A stretch of DNA of 63,083 nucleotides, filler included, from Rhabdomonas costata (taxonomy: Eukaryota): assembly GCA_019059605.1 (NCBI GenBank). It is 46 parts of 46 records of this genome, joined end to end, with 100 filler letters (N's around TTAATTAATTAA, not from the genome) between each part and the next. Parts side by side here need not be neighbours in the genome. Positions count along the whole stretch, not along the records: positions 12,369 to 13,642 come from JAHMHO010021062.1; positions 13,743 to 15,015 come from JAHMHO010021063.1; positions 15,116 to 16,392 come from JAHMHO010021064.1; positions 16,493 to 17,766 come from JAHMHO010021065.1; positions 17,867 to 19,140 come from JAHMHO010021066.1; positions 19,241 to 20,514 come from JAHMHO010021067.1; positions 20,615 to 21,888 come from JAHMHO010021068.1; positions 21,989 to 23,262 come from JAHMHO010021069.1; 38 more parts are not named here. One strand, written 5' to 3'. A program made the translations under genes and the position numbers. Below, in pieces: positions 12,852-24,292 of this stretch. The notes below the pieces were generated by a model. It searched no databases. It saw nothing but the letters and a program-made list of their open reading frames with translations, and was not told where the DNA came from. How positions within the stretch are numbered: position 1 is the stretch's first letter; each line of letters starts with the position of its first letter.

Positions 12852-13040
12852 ATCCGGTTTCTGGTGCCCAACCGAATTCTCACCTTCAACGGGGTGAAGT
12901 ACAGCCTGGAGGAGTACCTGCAGGGCAACTGGCAGAAGCACAACAACATCTTCGGCACGATGGAGTCTGGCCAGGACACCCCCTCGGCTTTCTCCCACTT
13001 CACCTACGAGGAATCCGGGCATTCCCTGATGATTCTGGAC
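12852..13040 (+). CDS. Alpha-kinase (eEF2K/MHCK family) internal exon
   Basis: YSLEEYLQGNWQKHNNIFG...TPSAFSHFTYEESGHSLMILD; cag|...|gtacgc; 189 nt. Confidence 0.9.
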
Positions 13041-13139
13041 GTACGCTGCGCTGTCCCTTTTTTCACGCCCCCCCCCCGTCCCCGTGCGGGTGGGCAATGT
13101 CGGCGTTATGAATGCAGCCCGTTAATATGTGCCCAACCT

Positions 13140-13630
13140 CACGCGTCTCTACCTCACCTCGAAGCTTTTGCTCGCCGCCCCAGTCCGCAGATGGCATGCC
13201 AAGACATGCGCCCCGGACAGCCTCCTGCGCAAGCGGTTTCTTCGATGGCTGACAGGGGACATCTTCGGACTGTGGAAGGATACCGTGCTGGTATGCAGGA
13301 AGAAAGTCAACCGGTCCCGGGCCGAAGTCACCCAGGAAGCCGACACTTTCAGGAACGCAGCGCAATGTGTGGACCAAGGGCGTACGGGTAGGGGATGCAG
13401 AATTCTTTGCTCCCTAGGGACCGTTGACGTGCGCCGGACATCATCTGGACAAGATCCAGGCCCTCTTTTCAAAAGTGACGAGTCCATTGAGCTACCTACA
13501 CCTGTCAGCGGCGAAGTCACCGGGGACGATGCAGACAAGCTGATACACCGATTCGCCCCGGGCACAGCACCCGGAACGTCTGGGCTCAGGGCATATCACC
13601 TCCACAAGGTGGCCAGTAGAACTCTGGGAC
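13140..13630 (+). mobile_element. CRE/SLACS-clade non-LTR retrotransposon ORF fragment (region just before the RT core)
   Basis: KLLL..P.R...RFLRWLTGDIFGLW...DQGRTGRGCRILCSLG...KLIHRFAPGTAPGTSGLRAYHL matches the CRE pre-RT/domain-0 pattern (F..GSAPGPSGLR..HL); open for about 165 codons with no intron. Confidence 0.72.
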
Positions 13631-13967
13631 GCAAACCCCACANNNNNNNNNNNNNNNNNNNNNNNNNNNNNNNNNNNNNNNNNNNNTTAATTAATTAANN
13701 NNNNNNNNNNNNNNNNNNNNNNNNNNNNNNNNNNNNNNNNNNTGTGGTTGTGGCGATTCTCCTTTTCAATCGTTTCCTTGCCTTCGATTTTCACAGGCAG
13801 GGCCACCTTTTGGAGCCCCCCCCACCTCTATTTTGGGTACCAGAATCCGGTTTGGTTTTAATGGGTGCTTGGTTTCCGTGGTGACAGACTCTCCCTAAGT
13901 AAGACCGTGTCAGACTGGGATCAGACCTAAAAGAAAACTGTTCGTATCATTAAACAGCAAAGGCGCT

Positions 13968-14854
13968 GCGCGAGCGCGTAGCGTTAAGGGGTCCCGAAAC
14001 GAAGCGAAACGATTTCACTTCGCCACAACGTCGTGCTTACGGTGCAGTTTTTTACAATCAACACCCTCGAATGCTTTGGAGCAGTTTTGGACTGGAAAAT
14101 TGTTTTGGACTTCGGCCCTTAGTGCAGCTTTTCAGGGTTGAAGGGGGCCTTTTAAGGCCAAAAATACACCAAAAAGAGCAAAAGCCACCGCTCAAACGGC
14201 TCAAATCCGCGTAAAAACGCGGTTTTAGGCACCCCCGACCTCAAAAGCATAAAGTTGGGTCGATTTCCGGGAGGTCGATTTTTTCACCCCAGACACCCCA
14301 TTTTGGGCCCACGCCGGTGGACCCCGGTGGCCGTTGTTGTAGGGCTCGAAAGCCGTTCACTTTGGCTCAAAAATCGGTCATTTCTGACTCAAATAGGTCG
14401 CTTCGAGCCTCCACAGCGTGTTTTTCATCTTCTACGACCCCAACAATGGATGGGGGTTTTAAGAGTGAAAAAATCAACCCTCCGGAAATCAACCCAGCTT
14501 GATGTTTTTGAGGTGGGGGGGTGCCGAAAAACGCGTTTTTACGCAGCTTTGAGCCGTTTGCTGCGGTTTTCAGCCCACCTTTAGTCTACCTTTGCCTTTA
14601 GAATAGCCCCTTTGAGCACTGCAAGGCACTTGTGTCAACCACTCGCAGCCGCCATTTACAATTGAACGAAGACGTCGGGCGGCCTTCGCGCCCCGGGATA
14701 AGCACCATGGGTGAACACGTTTAGCTTTTAGCTTGCGGTTCATTCCTGGGGAGGGAGGGCAAGAGACGAATCGACACTGAGAAGACACAATCAAAAATGA
14801 GCACAGTAAATCCCTTCGTTCCATTTCGGAACCCCTTAGCGCTGCGCGCCGCGC
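13968..14854. mobile_element. Non-coding degenerate foldback (MITE-like) element of about 890 bp
   Basis: Nested imperfect inverted arms: 13968-14015 with 14808-14854, 14187-14288 with 14465-14567, plus shorter inner stems. Confidence 0.75.
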
Positions 14855-15157
14855 CCTTACTTGTCTGTGTGCGAGTGCCCACTGCGCTAAGTAGTCAGCG
14901 TTTCAAGCCTCCGTAGGGCCTTCAAGCCCCAGGTTTGTGGGGTTTGGGCCATCCGATAAAAAAATTCCCGGACGAAAATTCGACAAATTAAACTTTTCGA
15001 AACACACCCCCCACANNNNNNNNNNNNNNNNNNNNNNNNNNNNNNNNNNNNNNNNNNNNTTAATTAATTAANNNNNNNNNNNNNNNNNNNNNNNNNNNNN
15101 NNNNNNNNNNNNNNNACGTGGGTTTTTCTCCCTGAAGTGGGATGGTGAAATTGTGGA

Positions 15158-15946
15158 ATGCGAAGTGTGTTGTTGTCTCTGAAGGCCATTGTGGAGGTGG
15201 CAGCATCACGGCGGTGGCTGACCCCCCTGCGGGCTGGCAACGTGGTGGCCCCCCCACCTGAGCGGGCTCGGCTCGCGGAGCAGCTCGCGACGTCTCTGCG
15301 GGCAGAGATCAGCGGGGGCTCTTCTTCGTCCTCGTCGTCCTCCTCGGGGACCACCGCCGGAGAGGCCCAGGAGAACAGCCCGTTTGTGTGCTGCGAGGCC
15401 TTCCTGCGGGGGCTACCCCCGGCCACGTTCACCCTGAGGGCCACCCTCGAGGTCCATCTGCTGCCCTACCTCATCGGAGAGGTGTGCGAAGAAAATGCAT
15501 GCAGTGCTTGGAACAGACCAACCGGAAACGTGTGCAACTTGGGAGTTGGAAGCCAGGTCTTGCTGGAATTTCAAAGCCCCGATAGAGGCTGAAAGACCCT
15601 CCAAAACGACAGTGCCTCATGCAGGCAGTTTGTGTGCATTTGCATCATGATAGTCGTCTTCGTCTTCTATGATAATTCAGAGGACAGAACCCACGCATTT
15701 GGTGATCCGATGTGTGGTATCGTCTTGCGGTCTCGTGTGGTATTGCCGATGTGTGTGTGCGTGTGCAGGAGAATCACGAGCGGGGGATGACCTTTTTCCC
15801 TGGCTCCCTGATGCGGTTTATCCCGTTCAGCCACGAGCACCTGTGGCTGTGTGGGCGGCCCTCCACGCTGCCTTGCGGAGGTCTGGGGCTCTTCGTGCGG
15901 CCCGGGCTGGTGATCGAGAAGGGCACCGTTTTCGCGGAGTACAAAG
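15158..15946 (+). CDS. SET-domain protein, exons about 15158-15481 and 15769-15946
   Basis: RPSTLPCGGLGLFVRPGLVIEKGTVFAEYKG matches the SET N-terminal motif (GxGLF...IxKG..I.EY.G); phase-0 GT-AG intron. Confidence 0.78.
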
Positions 15947-16224
15947 GCACGCGCGCGCACCTTGCATGCGTTGTGCTTGTGTCTGTGTGGACCCGAGGCA
16001 GAAGAAGAATTGGAGAGAGACCACCTGACCGATAAACAGCTAGGGCGAGCGCAGAGGGTTGGAGCTCTTAAAACTGCGGTGGATTGCGCCAAGTTTCCAA
16101 TGAACCTCCGCCTAGTATCATGATCTGTACTGCGAGAAGCGGCCAGGTTGCGGGAGAGTATTTAAAGGCCCGGAGGCAGCAAGACCTCTGCCAAAGCAAT
16201 GCCTTGTGAACGAAGTGTGTGAGA

Positions 16225-16228
<4 letters not shown>

Positions 16229-16256
<28 letters not shown>
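16229..16256 (+). repeat. (GT)n microsatellite
   Basis: About 13-14 GT units. Confidence 0.9.
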
Positions 16257-16259
<3 letters not shown>

Positions 16260-16529
16260 GAAGTGAGCCCCTTAACCGAATTTACACATCTTATTGGTGC
16301 CAAGGTGCTTGGCAAACGTGTATTCAGAAAGAGCACTATCAAGTGCGCCAGTGTTGAATCTCAATGCCTCTCCCCCAGTTTATGCCGAAGAGNNNNNNNN
16401 NNNNNNNNNNNNNNNNNNNNNNNNNNNNNNNNNNNNTTAATTAATTAANNNNNNNNNNNNNNNNNNNNNNNNNNNNNNNNNNNNNNNNNNNNTGTGGTGT
16501 TTGTGGACGCCCTGCGGCGCACTCTCGGC

Positions 16530-17335
16530 CTCCCAAACTCCGGCAGAAAGCTGTCGTCATCTGCAGTGGCGTAGACAGCCGTGGTGTTGACCACTAGCAT
16601 CGCCTGGTGAGTCCAGTTTGCCCAGTTCGAGACGAGAGTGTCCACCGAGCGGTCGTGCGCTCGGTTGTGACCAGGCTTGCGGTACCGTGTCCCAAGCCTC
16701 ATCACCACGCTCACGTAGGACTCTGGGAGGCTGAGAGTGCGCCGCAGGGCGTCCACAAACTCCATCACTGGGGCTCGCAGCTGGAACAGACTGCACATCC
16801 GCTGGAACGCCGCGGCAATGGCGGTGGGGGTGATCACCATTTTCCTGCGGGCGCGACCCCAGTGCAGCCCTTGTGCCTGAGCGGGAAACCAGCATGGCGA
16901 AAACGGCAGGAAGTAGCACGCCAGGGTGCGATTTGCGCAGCCCCAGGGGTTGGCGTAGTGGATGTTGCCGGTGGGCTCTACCGGGACCCTGAAGTGGTGG
17001 ACAGCGGCGTTGTAGTGCAAAGCGGCGAAGAAGACATAGGACGCGAACCCGCCCTTCCCGTAGTTAATCACATACAGGGACTTCGGGTCACAGCGGTGCG
17101 TGGAAGCAGCGGAAGGAGGCAAGTCCCATGTCGGGTGGGTCAGCCCCCCAAGAGGGCCACAGGTGCGGTTCCAAGCCGGAACAGCGGCTCGGAGGGAACA
17201 TCGCCTGTGCTCAGGAGTCAGTCTACAGCCCTCAAAAGGCTTCGGCGGGTGACCCTTCCACACCTTCACAGACGCCACAGGAGCCGAACCAATGCAAGCC
17301 AGGAGCATAAGGAACTGGCTGAAGGGGAGAAACAT
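16530..17335 (-). CDS. FUT8/GT23-like (alpha-1,6-fucosyltransferase-like) glycosyltransferase, intronless here, 3' truncated
   Basis: Hydrophobic N-terminus; GKGGFAS, HYANPWGC..TLACYFLPFSPC, LPESYVSVVMRLG and VYATADD motifs in the expected order. Confidence 0.7.
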
Positions 17336-19258
17336 TGAAAAGAACCCGTGGGACACCACTGGGTAATAGTGATACCCAAGATGTGAAACATAAAAGCAAG
17401 AAGCTCTGCAAGTCGCAACACTGCCACAACAGACAGCCTAAAAAGGTCAAAAGCCCAACACTTGAAATAGTCCCGTTGCGACTCCCTGGACCCGACGTCG
17501 CAGGGTTTTCACGGCCTGTAAAGAACTACTCCGGAATTCTGCAATGTCACCCCGTCGCCGAACAAGCAAAAACAGGGGGAGAGCAACATAAGAGATTCGT
17601 TGATTTCACTTTTGGACATAACTTGGCAGGGTATCCGTGTGGATACCAACCCAGATGCAGCCTGGTCCTTGGATGATGTCCTCTGGTTCTCAAAGAAGGG
17701 GTTGGGCAAACCATCATGCGGCGATGTTCAGTACACAAAAAACCCAACACAACACCCCCCCCCCACNNNNNNNNNNNNNNNNNNNNNNNNNNNNNNNNNN
17801 NNNNNNNNNNTTAATTAATTAANNNNNNNNNNNNNNNNNNNNNNNNNNNNNNNNNNNNNNNNNNNNAGCATCGCTCGGTAGGATTGCTCCCAGGCCTCAT
17901 CTCGAGACACCGTGGCGCCGAAAGCCATCTCAAGAGCATCTGGGGAAAAGTCGTAGGTGTGCACTAGTGTTAAAGAGGTGAGCATGTGGGAATTTTAATC
18001 AGAGGAAACCACCGATAGGTACACACAAGTTCTGGCCGATAGTGAACGGGGGTGAAGAAGTCGAAAATGTGTGCGCATGGCTGATTCCTACACGAGGGAG
18101 AATGCGAAGACACAAACCTAAACATGGCAGGACCAGCCTCCGCTTTTTCTTGCGCTGGCGCTTGCTGCTGCCGAGTCTGTCCCTGGCGGCACCAACATAG
18201 GAGACTGAATGCTCGTGCACAGAAGAGACGAAAAATACTGGACATAACTATACTTAACGCGACCCGCCCCCCTCCGCACCGCCGCATTCCTGGAACACAT
18301 AAGTAAGCACAGAGCAGAGCCACAAAAAAGTAGAGGAGGCAGTTTTCCGAGCATATTCGCAAAAAAAAAACCACAAATTAGATAAAGACTGCCAAACAGA
18401 GGCCGTGAAAATCTTGAGAAGCGCATCAAGATACAAGTCCCTTCATGTGCTCGGGGGGCCAGTCCCGCTCTGTGCCCCTGTCCCAGAGGACACGTACATC
18501 GCCAGCAAACGACCTATACGAGCCGTAACCCCCTGTCAATCGAAAAGCAATCATCCCGGACCCAACTCTCAGCACTTGACGGCTAAATAGGCTAAATTGG
18601 CTGGGCCGGAGCTCCCAATAACCGCGTTCATTGAGGGGGTGTCCTGGGGCTTCCTGAAGCGTCATGGGCACCAAAGTTTCCTTGCCCAAGGGCGTCACAA
18701 TACCCTTGGCGAACGATTTTGTATTTTTTTTTGGAAAAGACAAACATCAAAAAAGTGTTTGCTGTCACATGTTGGGAAAGAAGATTTACCAGATTGCCTG
18801 TCGGAGGCCAGAGCCTCGGGTTTTTGGGCCTCCTCACTGACGCGTGGCTGGATCGAGAAACTTCCCAGCGAAAGTCTGGCATACCCTTCCCATAAAACGA
18901 ATACCCCATAAACCAAAGCGCGGTTAACGTTATCCATGCACGCTGTGCGGAAACGCTTTTCCCCACGACGCTCCGCTAGATGATACAGAACCATGCAGGC
19001 ATTGAGAAAGCGGAGTCACCTCCAGTTGGCCCGCAGGGAAACGTATTGCAGGGGAACCGCAGTGAGGTTCCATTGACATAAGGGCAGGCGTACGCCGTGG
19101 TGGGGTCGGTGATGACAAACCTACCAACGTAGTAGCCTGTNNNNNNNNNNNNNNNNNNNNNNNNNNNNNNNNNNNNNNNNNNNNTTAATTAATTAANNNN
19201 NNNNNNNNNNNNNNNNNNNNNNNNNNNNNNNNNNNNNNNNGGGTTGTGTGTAACATAC

Positions 19259-20514
19259 CCCGTTGTTTTTGAACACCAGCATCTCTTTGGACTTCTTGCT
19301 GGTCTTGTCCACGCCAAACACCGCAGCCTTAATGATCGCGGAGCTCATCTTGTGAAACCTGAGCCCCAAGAGAGGCATTGCCCATCTGACATAGATGAGA
19401 GATGTTTGCGCACACGTGGTATGATAAAGTCCAGGCGGACTTTTGGGTAGCAAGCCGACCCAGAGAATCTATTTTAGGGAAAAGACGCCGAAGGCCGCGA
19501 CCGATTGGTCGAGCTCGGTAGCATTTCGATACCGTTTGCCATCAAACATGTGGGGGGCACCATATGTATGTTCGACAATCAGGCGAGTAAAGACACAAAC
19601 AAACTCACATGAATGAGAAGCACGTTGAAGGATACACAAAATTCAATGGCAATGACAAAGGCATGAAGTCCCCAGTCCTAAAACGTTCATTTGCTGGCAA
19701 AGACACACGGGCCACATCCCAAGTTGCTCAGCGTATTCTGTTGAATCACTGGCAAATCTGAACCAAATGTCTCTCATGCCAAGATCAAAAGCCAGTCATA
19801 TTGAGGCATCCATCAATAGGCCACAGACGGGTTGGGTGGGGGTCAGCGCACGTGTCGAAAGGCTCCGCGGCGACAGCGCCACGGATTCGGCTGGCAATCG
19901 CATTGCAAGCGTCGCCGACAAAGTCCGCGACGTTGAACACCTTCGCTGCGGCGTCGGCGTCGCCGGGCTTCACGTCGAACAACCAGCTGTAGGCAAGCTG
20001 CAGCGCAAGCCTGCATACACACCCGAGATGATAACAAACTCAAACCAACAATGACGCCAATCGCAGAAGCAAACACATCAATTAACACATCAATACTTCC
20101 GTTTCAATTTTAACTTTCTTTTGCTATCTGCTCCGAAAAGATCGCTTCTAATATGCAATCCTCTTATCAAACGGACAAAAATGTCACATTTCCGTTTTCT
20201 TCACTGAAACCTCGTGCATCTGTCATTCGTCATACTTAGCGCAAAGCTGAAGGGATAGGTCTTTCAGGAACTTTTTCCGACACACAAAGAAAGCTCACTT
20301 GTGAAAAGAAAAGTTAGCCTTTGAAAAGCTGAGACCGCTTCTTCCAGTTCTTCACATCACTTGCGGCAACAGCCTCTTCTGTCAGCAACAGCTTTATCCA
20401 CCTCCGGCTCCCTCCTTCCCGACTCCCCGTGACCTGGCGTGGTCGCTGGTCTCCACCTGGATGATGTCCGTCATGAAATCCGGGCCCAGATTGAGGGCAA
20501 GAGAGCAGATCACC
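19259..20514 (-). CDS. MVP: Major vault protein, exons 20514-20434, 20010-19852, 19358-19259
   Basis: [32 protein letters not shown]...[45 protein letters not shown]...FKNNG; all GT-AG and in phase. Confidence 0.96.
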
Positions 20515-20618
20515 NNNNNNNNNNNNNNNNNNNNNNNNNNNNNNNNNNNNNNNNNNNNTTAATTAATTAANNNNNNNNNNNNNNNNNNNNNNNNNNNNNN
20601 NNNNNNNNNNNNNNGGTG

Positions 20619-20737
20619 GGTAGATTCCATAACAGCACCCTCATTAAATTGCAGCGTTGAAACTTCCATTGGCCGATCGTACCAATGCTGAAGTTTCAAC
20701 GCTGCAATTTAATGAGGGTGCTGTTATGGAATCTACC
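20619..20737. repeat. Contig-terminal perfect inverted repeat (48-bp arms), likely an artefact
   Basis: Exact reverse-complement arms starting at the contig edge. Confidence 0.92.
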
Positions 20738-21990
20738 TAGACGGACCACTTTTCAACACCCCGACTTCCGGAAAGGACAAACAATGGAAAAGCGCCAAAA
20801 ACATCATGTTCCACGGTAATCTTGCTGACTACATGCGCTTTCATGAGTTCGAGCTAGTAGCGATCTGGAAACAAAATCCACAGCCCGTACTGGAAGAGGT
20901 GGCGGATGCAATTTGCAGCTACCTGAATGGCACCATACCCGTCAGCAAGCCAACGACCGCGGCTTTGTGGTGGAAGTCATCTGATGGAACGTGACTGAAA
21001 CACATTCATGCCGTGTATCCTATGTAGGGTGCGGGGTGTGTGCGGGAGGAATGTTTTCCGTTGCGCACGTGGGTAGGTAAGCTTATACACGTAGTCGCAC
21101 TGATACACAAGGTGTTTTTTCCACGCGGTACCAATGTTTTAACTTGTATGACAGTTCCGCTGCAGCTTCATACGTGTCCAAAAAAATTGTATGGAAACTG
21201 CTCAGACGGCCCAACATCAATGTATTACTGGACCGCTTGCTATGTAGCATGCTGCTTCATCATCAATTAAATGCCTTTTCCACCAATTAGTCATTAGCTA
21301 TGTGCTGTGTGCTGTTCCACGCGGTTACGGTGTATGAAGTTGCGAAGTTCCAGTGCGGTTACGGGTCTGCGGCTTTGTGTGCGGTTTATCCTACTCATCT
21401 CGTGAGGATTGCACGTTTCATCAGTTGCACTTTGTACAAAGTGACATCTTCAATAATGTTGCTATTGGCTGCTGTTTCGGTTCATGCTATATTTAGAGCT
21501 GAACGGATCAGTTTGTGGTTCCTTACACTGCCAGATGATTACATACTAATGATTTGGATCAGAGGTTGGTTGTATTTGGGGGGTTCTTTTCTTCGGATGC
21601 GATCACGGTTTGCACCATCTCTCTGTAGCGTGTGCGTATCCATCAAGGACAGTCACGTGGTGTCATGTGCGCATCACACCTCCATAATTCTATTATATAG
21701 CGACCGAAGTAAAGGGTTCAAATGAATACGAGCGTAGCGAGTGAGGGCGGAAATAATAGAAAGAGGAACGATCGTAGCGAGTGACGACATAAATACTCTT
21801 CTTCTACATACAGTGAACATGAGGAAATTGAGACAGCAAGGACGAATGTGAACCGTATACGTCATCAACAGAAAGGTGAGCAAGAGTANNNNNNNNNNNN
21901 NNNNNNNNNNNNNNNNNNNNNNNNNNNNNNNNTTAATTAATTAANNNNNNNNNNNNNNNNNNNNNNNNNNNNNNNNNNNNNNNNNNNNGG

Positions 21991-22515
<525 letters not shown>

Positions 22516-23975
22516 TGACTGTTTAAGGCTGTGATGCAGGCTCGGATTTCCCATTCTGAGAGCTCTGACTGAATTTGCAGGCATTTGAGCCCATGCTATC
22601 GTTTTTCTTTTGATAGTTGTGTGTATTTTCTGCTTGCCGTTTGGGAGGGGACTACACCGTCACCCGACAATTTTTCTGGCAGGAAGGGTCCTGTCTTCTT
22701 TGGTGGAAGAAGTAGGTGGATTTTGTTCTTCCTCTTCCATGTCCGCAGAATTGTGGGGGCTTTTGGGGGGGAGCCTTTAACACCGGCCAAAAAAAAAACT
22801 GAGAAAAAAATCTGCTTCTAGGGGGCAGTCGAACAGAAAAACCTAACCCCCCAAGTGAGTACAGGTGTACTCAACCCGTGCTCGGAAATTTACTTTTTTT
22901 TAACAACAGCTTTATAACAACAGCAATATTTGATTTCTTACCAAGGGCACGACAACCGGCCGAGGTCAGAAACTTCGAAACTTCTGACCCCAAGGACCGC
23001 CCATGGTTTTGCAGTTGAGTTCCATATCGGTACACAGGTACACAGAGAAGAAGTTCCTAGGTGGGACAGTGAAGAGGGCAGTCGGCCATAACAGTGGGGG
23101 ATGATTGAAGAGGGGGATTCGGAGAATGGGAAAAATATCGAGAAGAGAGGAGGAAAGGGAACAGTTGCTCGGCGGCGGAGGGCAGCGAAAACACAAAGAG
23201 AAAGGAAGTGGGCGGCATAAGAAGCACTGTTCACCTGTAAACAGTAACGCTCAATGGAAAAANNNNNNNNNNNNNNNNNNNNNNNNNNNNNNNNNNNNNN
23301 NNNNNNTTAATTAATTAANNNNNNNNNNNNNNNNNNNNNNNNNNNNNNNNNNNNNNNNNNNNATGCATTGTTGTGTTGTCCGGGCTTTTTGTGCCTGGTG
23401 TGGGTCGCGCTTCAGGGGACCTGTGCCGTGCCTTCGGCCCCTCACCTCTCTGGCCGCCTTGCGAGAAGCTCGGGAGGTCTTTGCCCGCCTTTGAGGTCCC
23501 AGAGTGGACAGCCGCGTTTGCAAATGTACAATATTGCAGTGGGTGGGTGTGGGTGAGTGGATGCATGCGTGCGTTCTCCGAGCACTCGAGCATTACGCGG
23601 GCGTTGCCGGGGACATCCCCTGAAGGCCCTCCTGTGGACTTCCTTCTTCGTGTATCGTTCACAAGGTGCCGACAAGCAGACCCCCTCTGTGCTGAATCTT
23701 GGTGATTGTTCCGAAATTTCCAGGGGCGCTTTTGGCGAAGTTTTGAAACGGATACGTGGTTGCCCTCAGTCGAAAGCGCAACCCGCACGCTTTCACTATC
23801 CATTTAATGTAGCTTTGGAGAGCTTATATGATTGTCACTCATTCTTGCATTGATCTCGTGTGCAGATGAAGTGCGATGATCAAAAGGATAAAAGAAAAAA
23901 TAAAAAGAGCTTCGGGATTAGTGCTTGAGCGTGTTTTGTTTCTTATGTTTTTTCAGCATTTCGTGATGTCGCCTG

Positions 23976-24292
23976 ATGACTGCCTCGATGTGTCAGTTGG
24001 TGGTGGTCCTACTCTTGTTGTCATGTTTGCCCGCTTGGCTTTTGCTTCGGGTTCTATCTCCTGCGAGACAGGGCATTATGGTGCTCAAGGGCACAGACGC
24101 GGTTCCTGCGCATACCCAGAGTGTGACTGGAAATAGCTCAGGAAATCCTTCAGAACCATCCGTTGCCGTTGCGGCTCCAGTAGTTTCACAGCCTGGCCCT
24201 GTTCACGCTTCTTCTGATGCTGAAATTGCCCATGAGCGTCTGATGCAGGACGAGTCGAAGCGCTGCTCTTGGAGCATCGGGCGGAAATACCG
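23976..24292 (+). CDS. Probable first exon of a signal-anchor (type II membrane) protein
   Basis: Hydrophobic N-terminus then an S/P/A-rich stem; T-rich tract plus CAG at 23954-23956 upstream; 3' end approximate. Confidence 0.5.
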
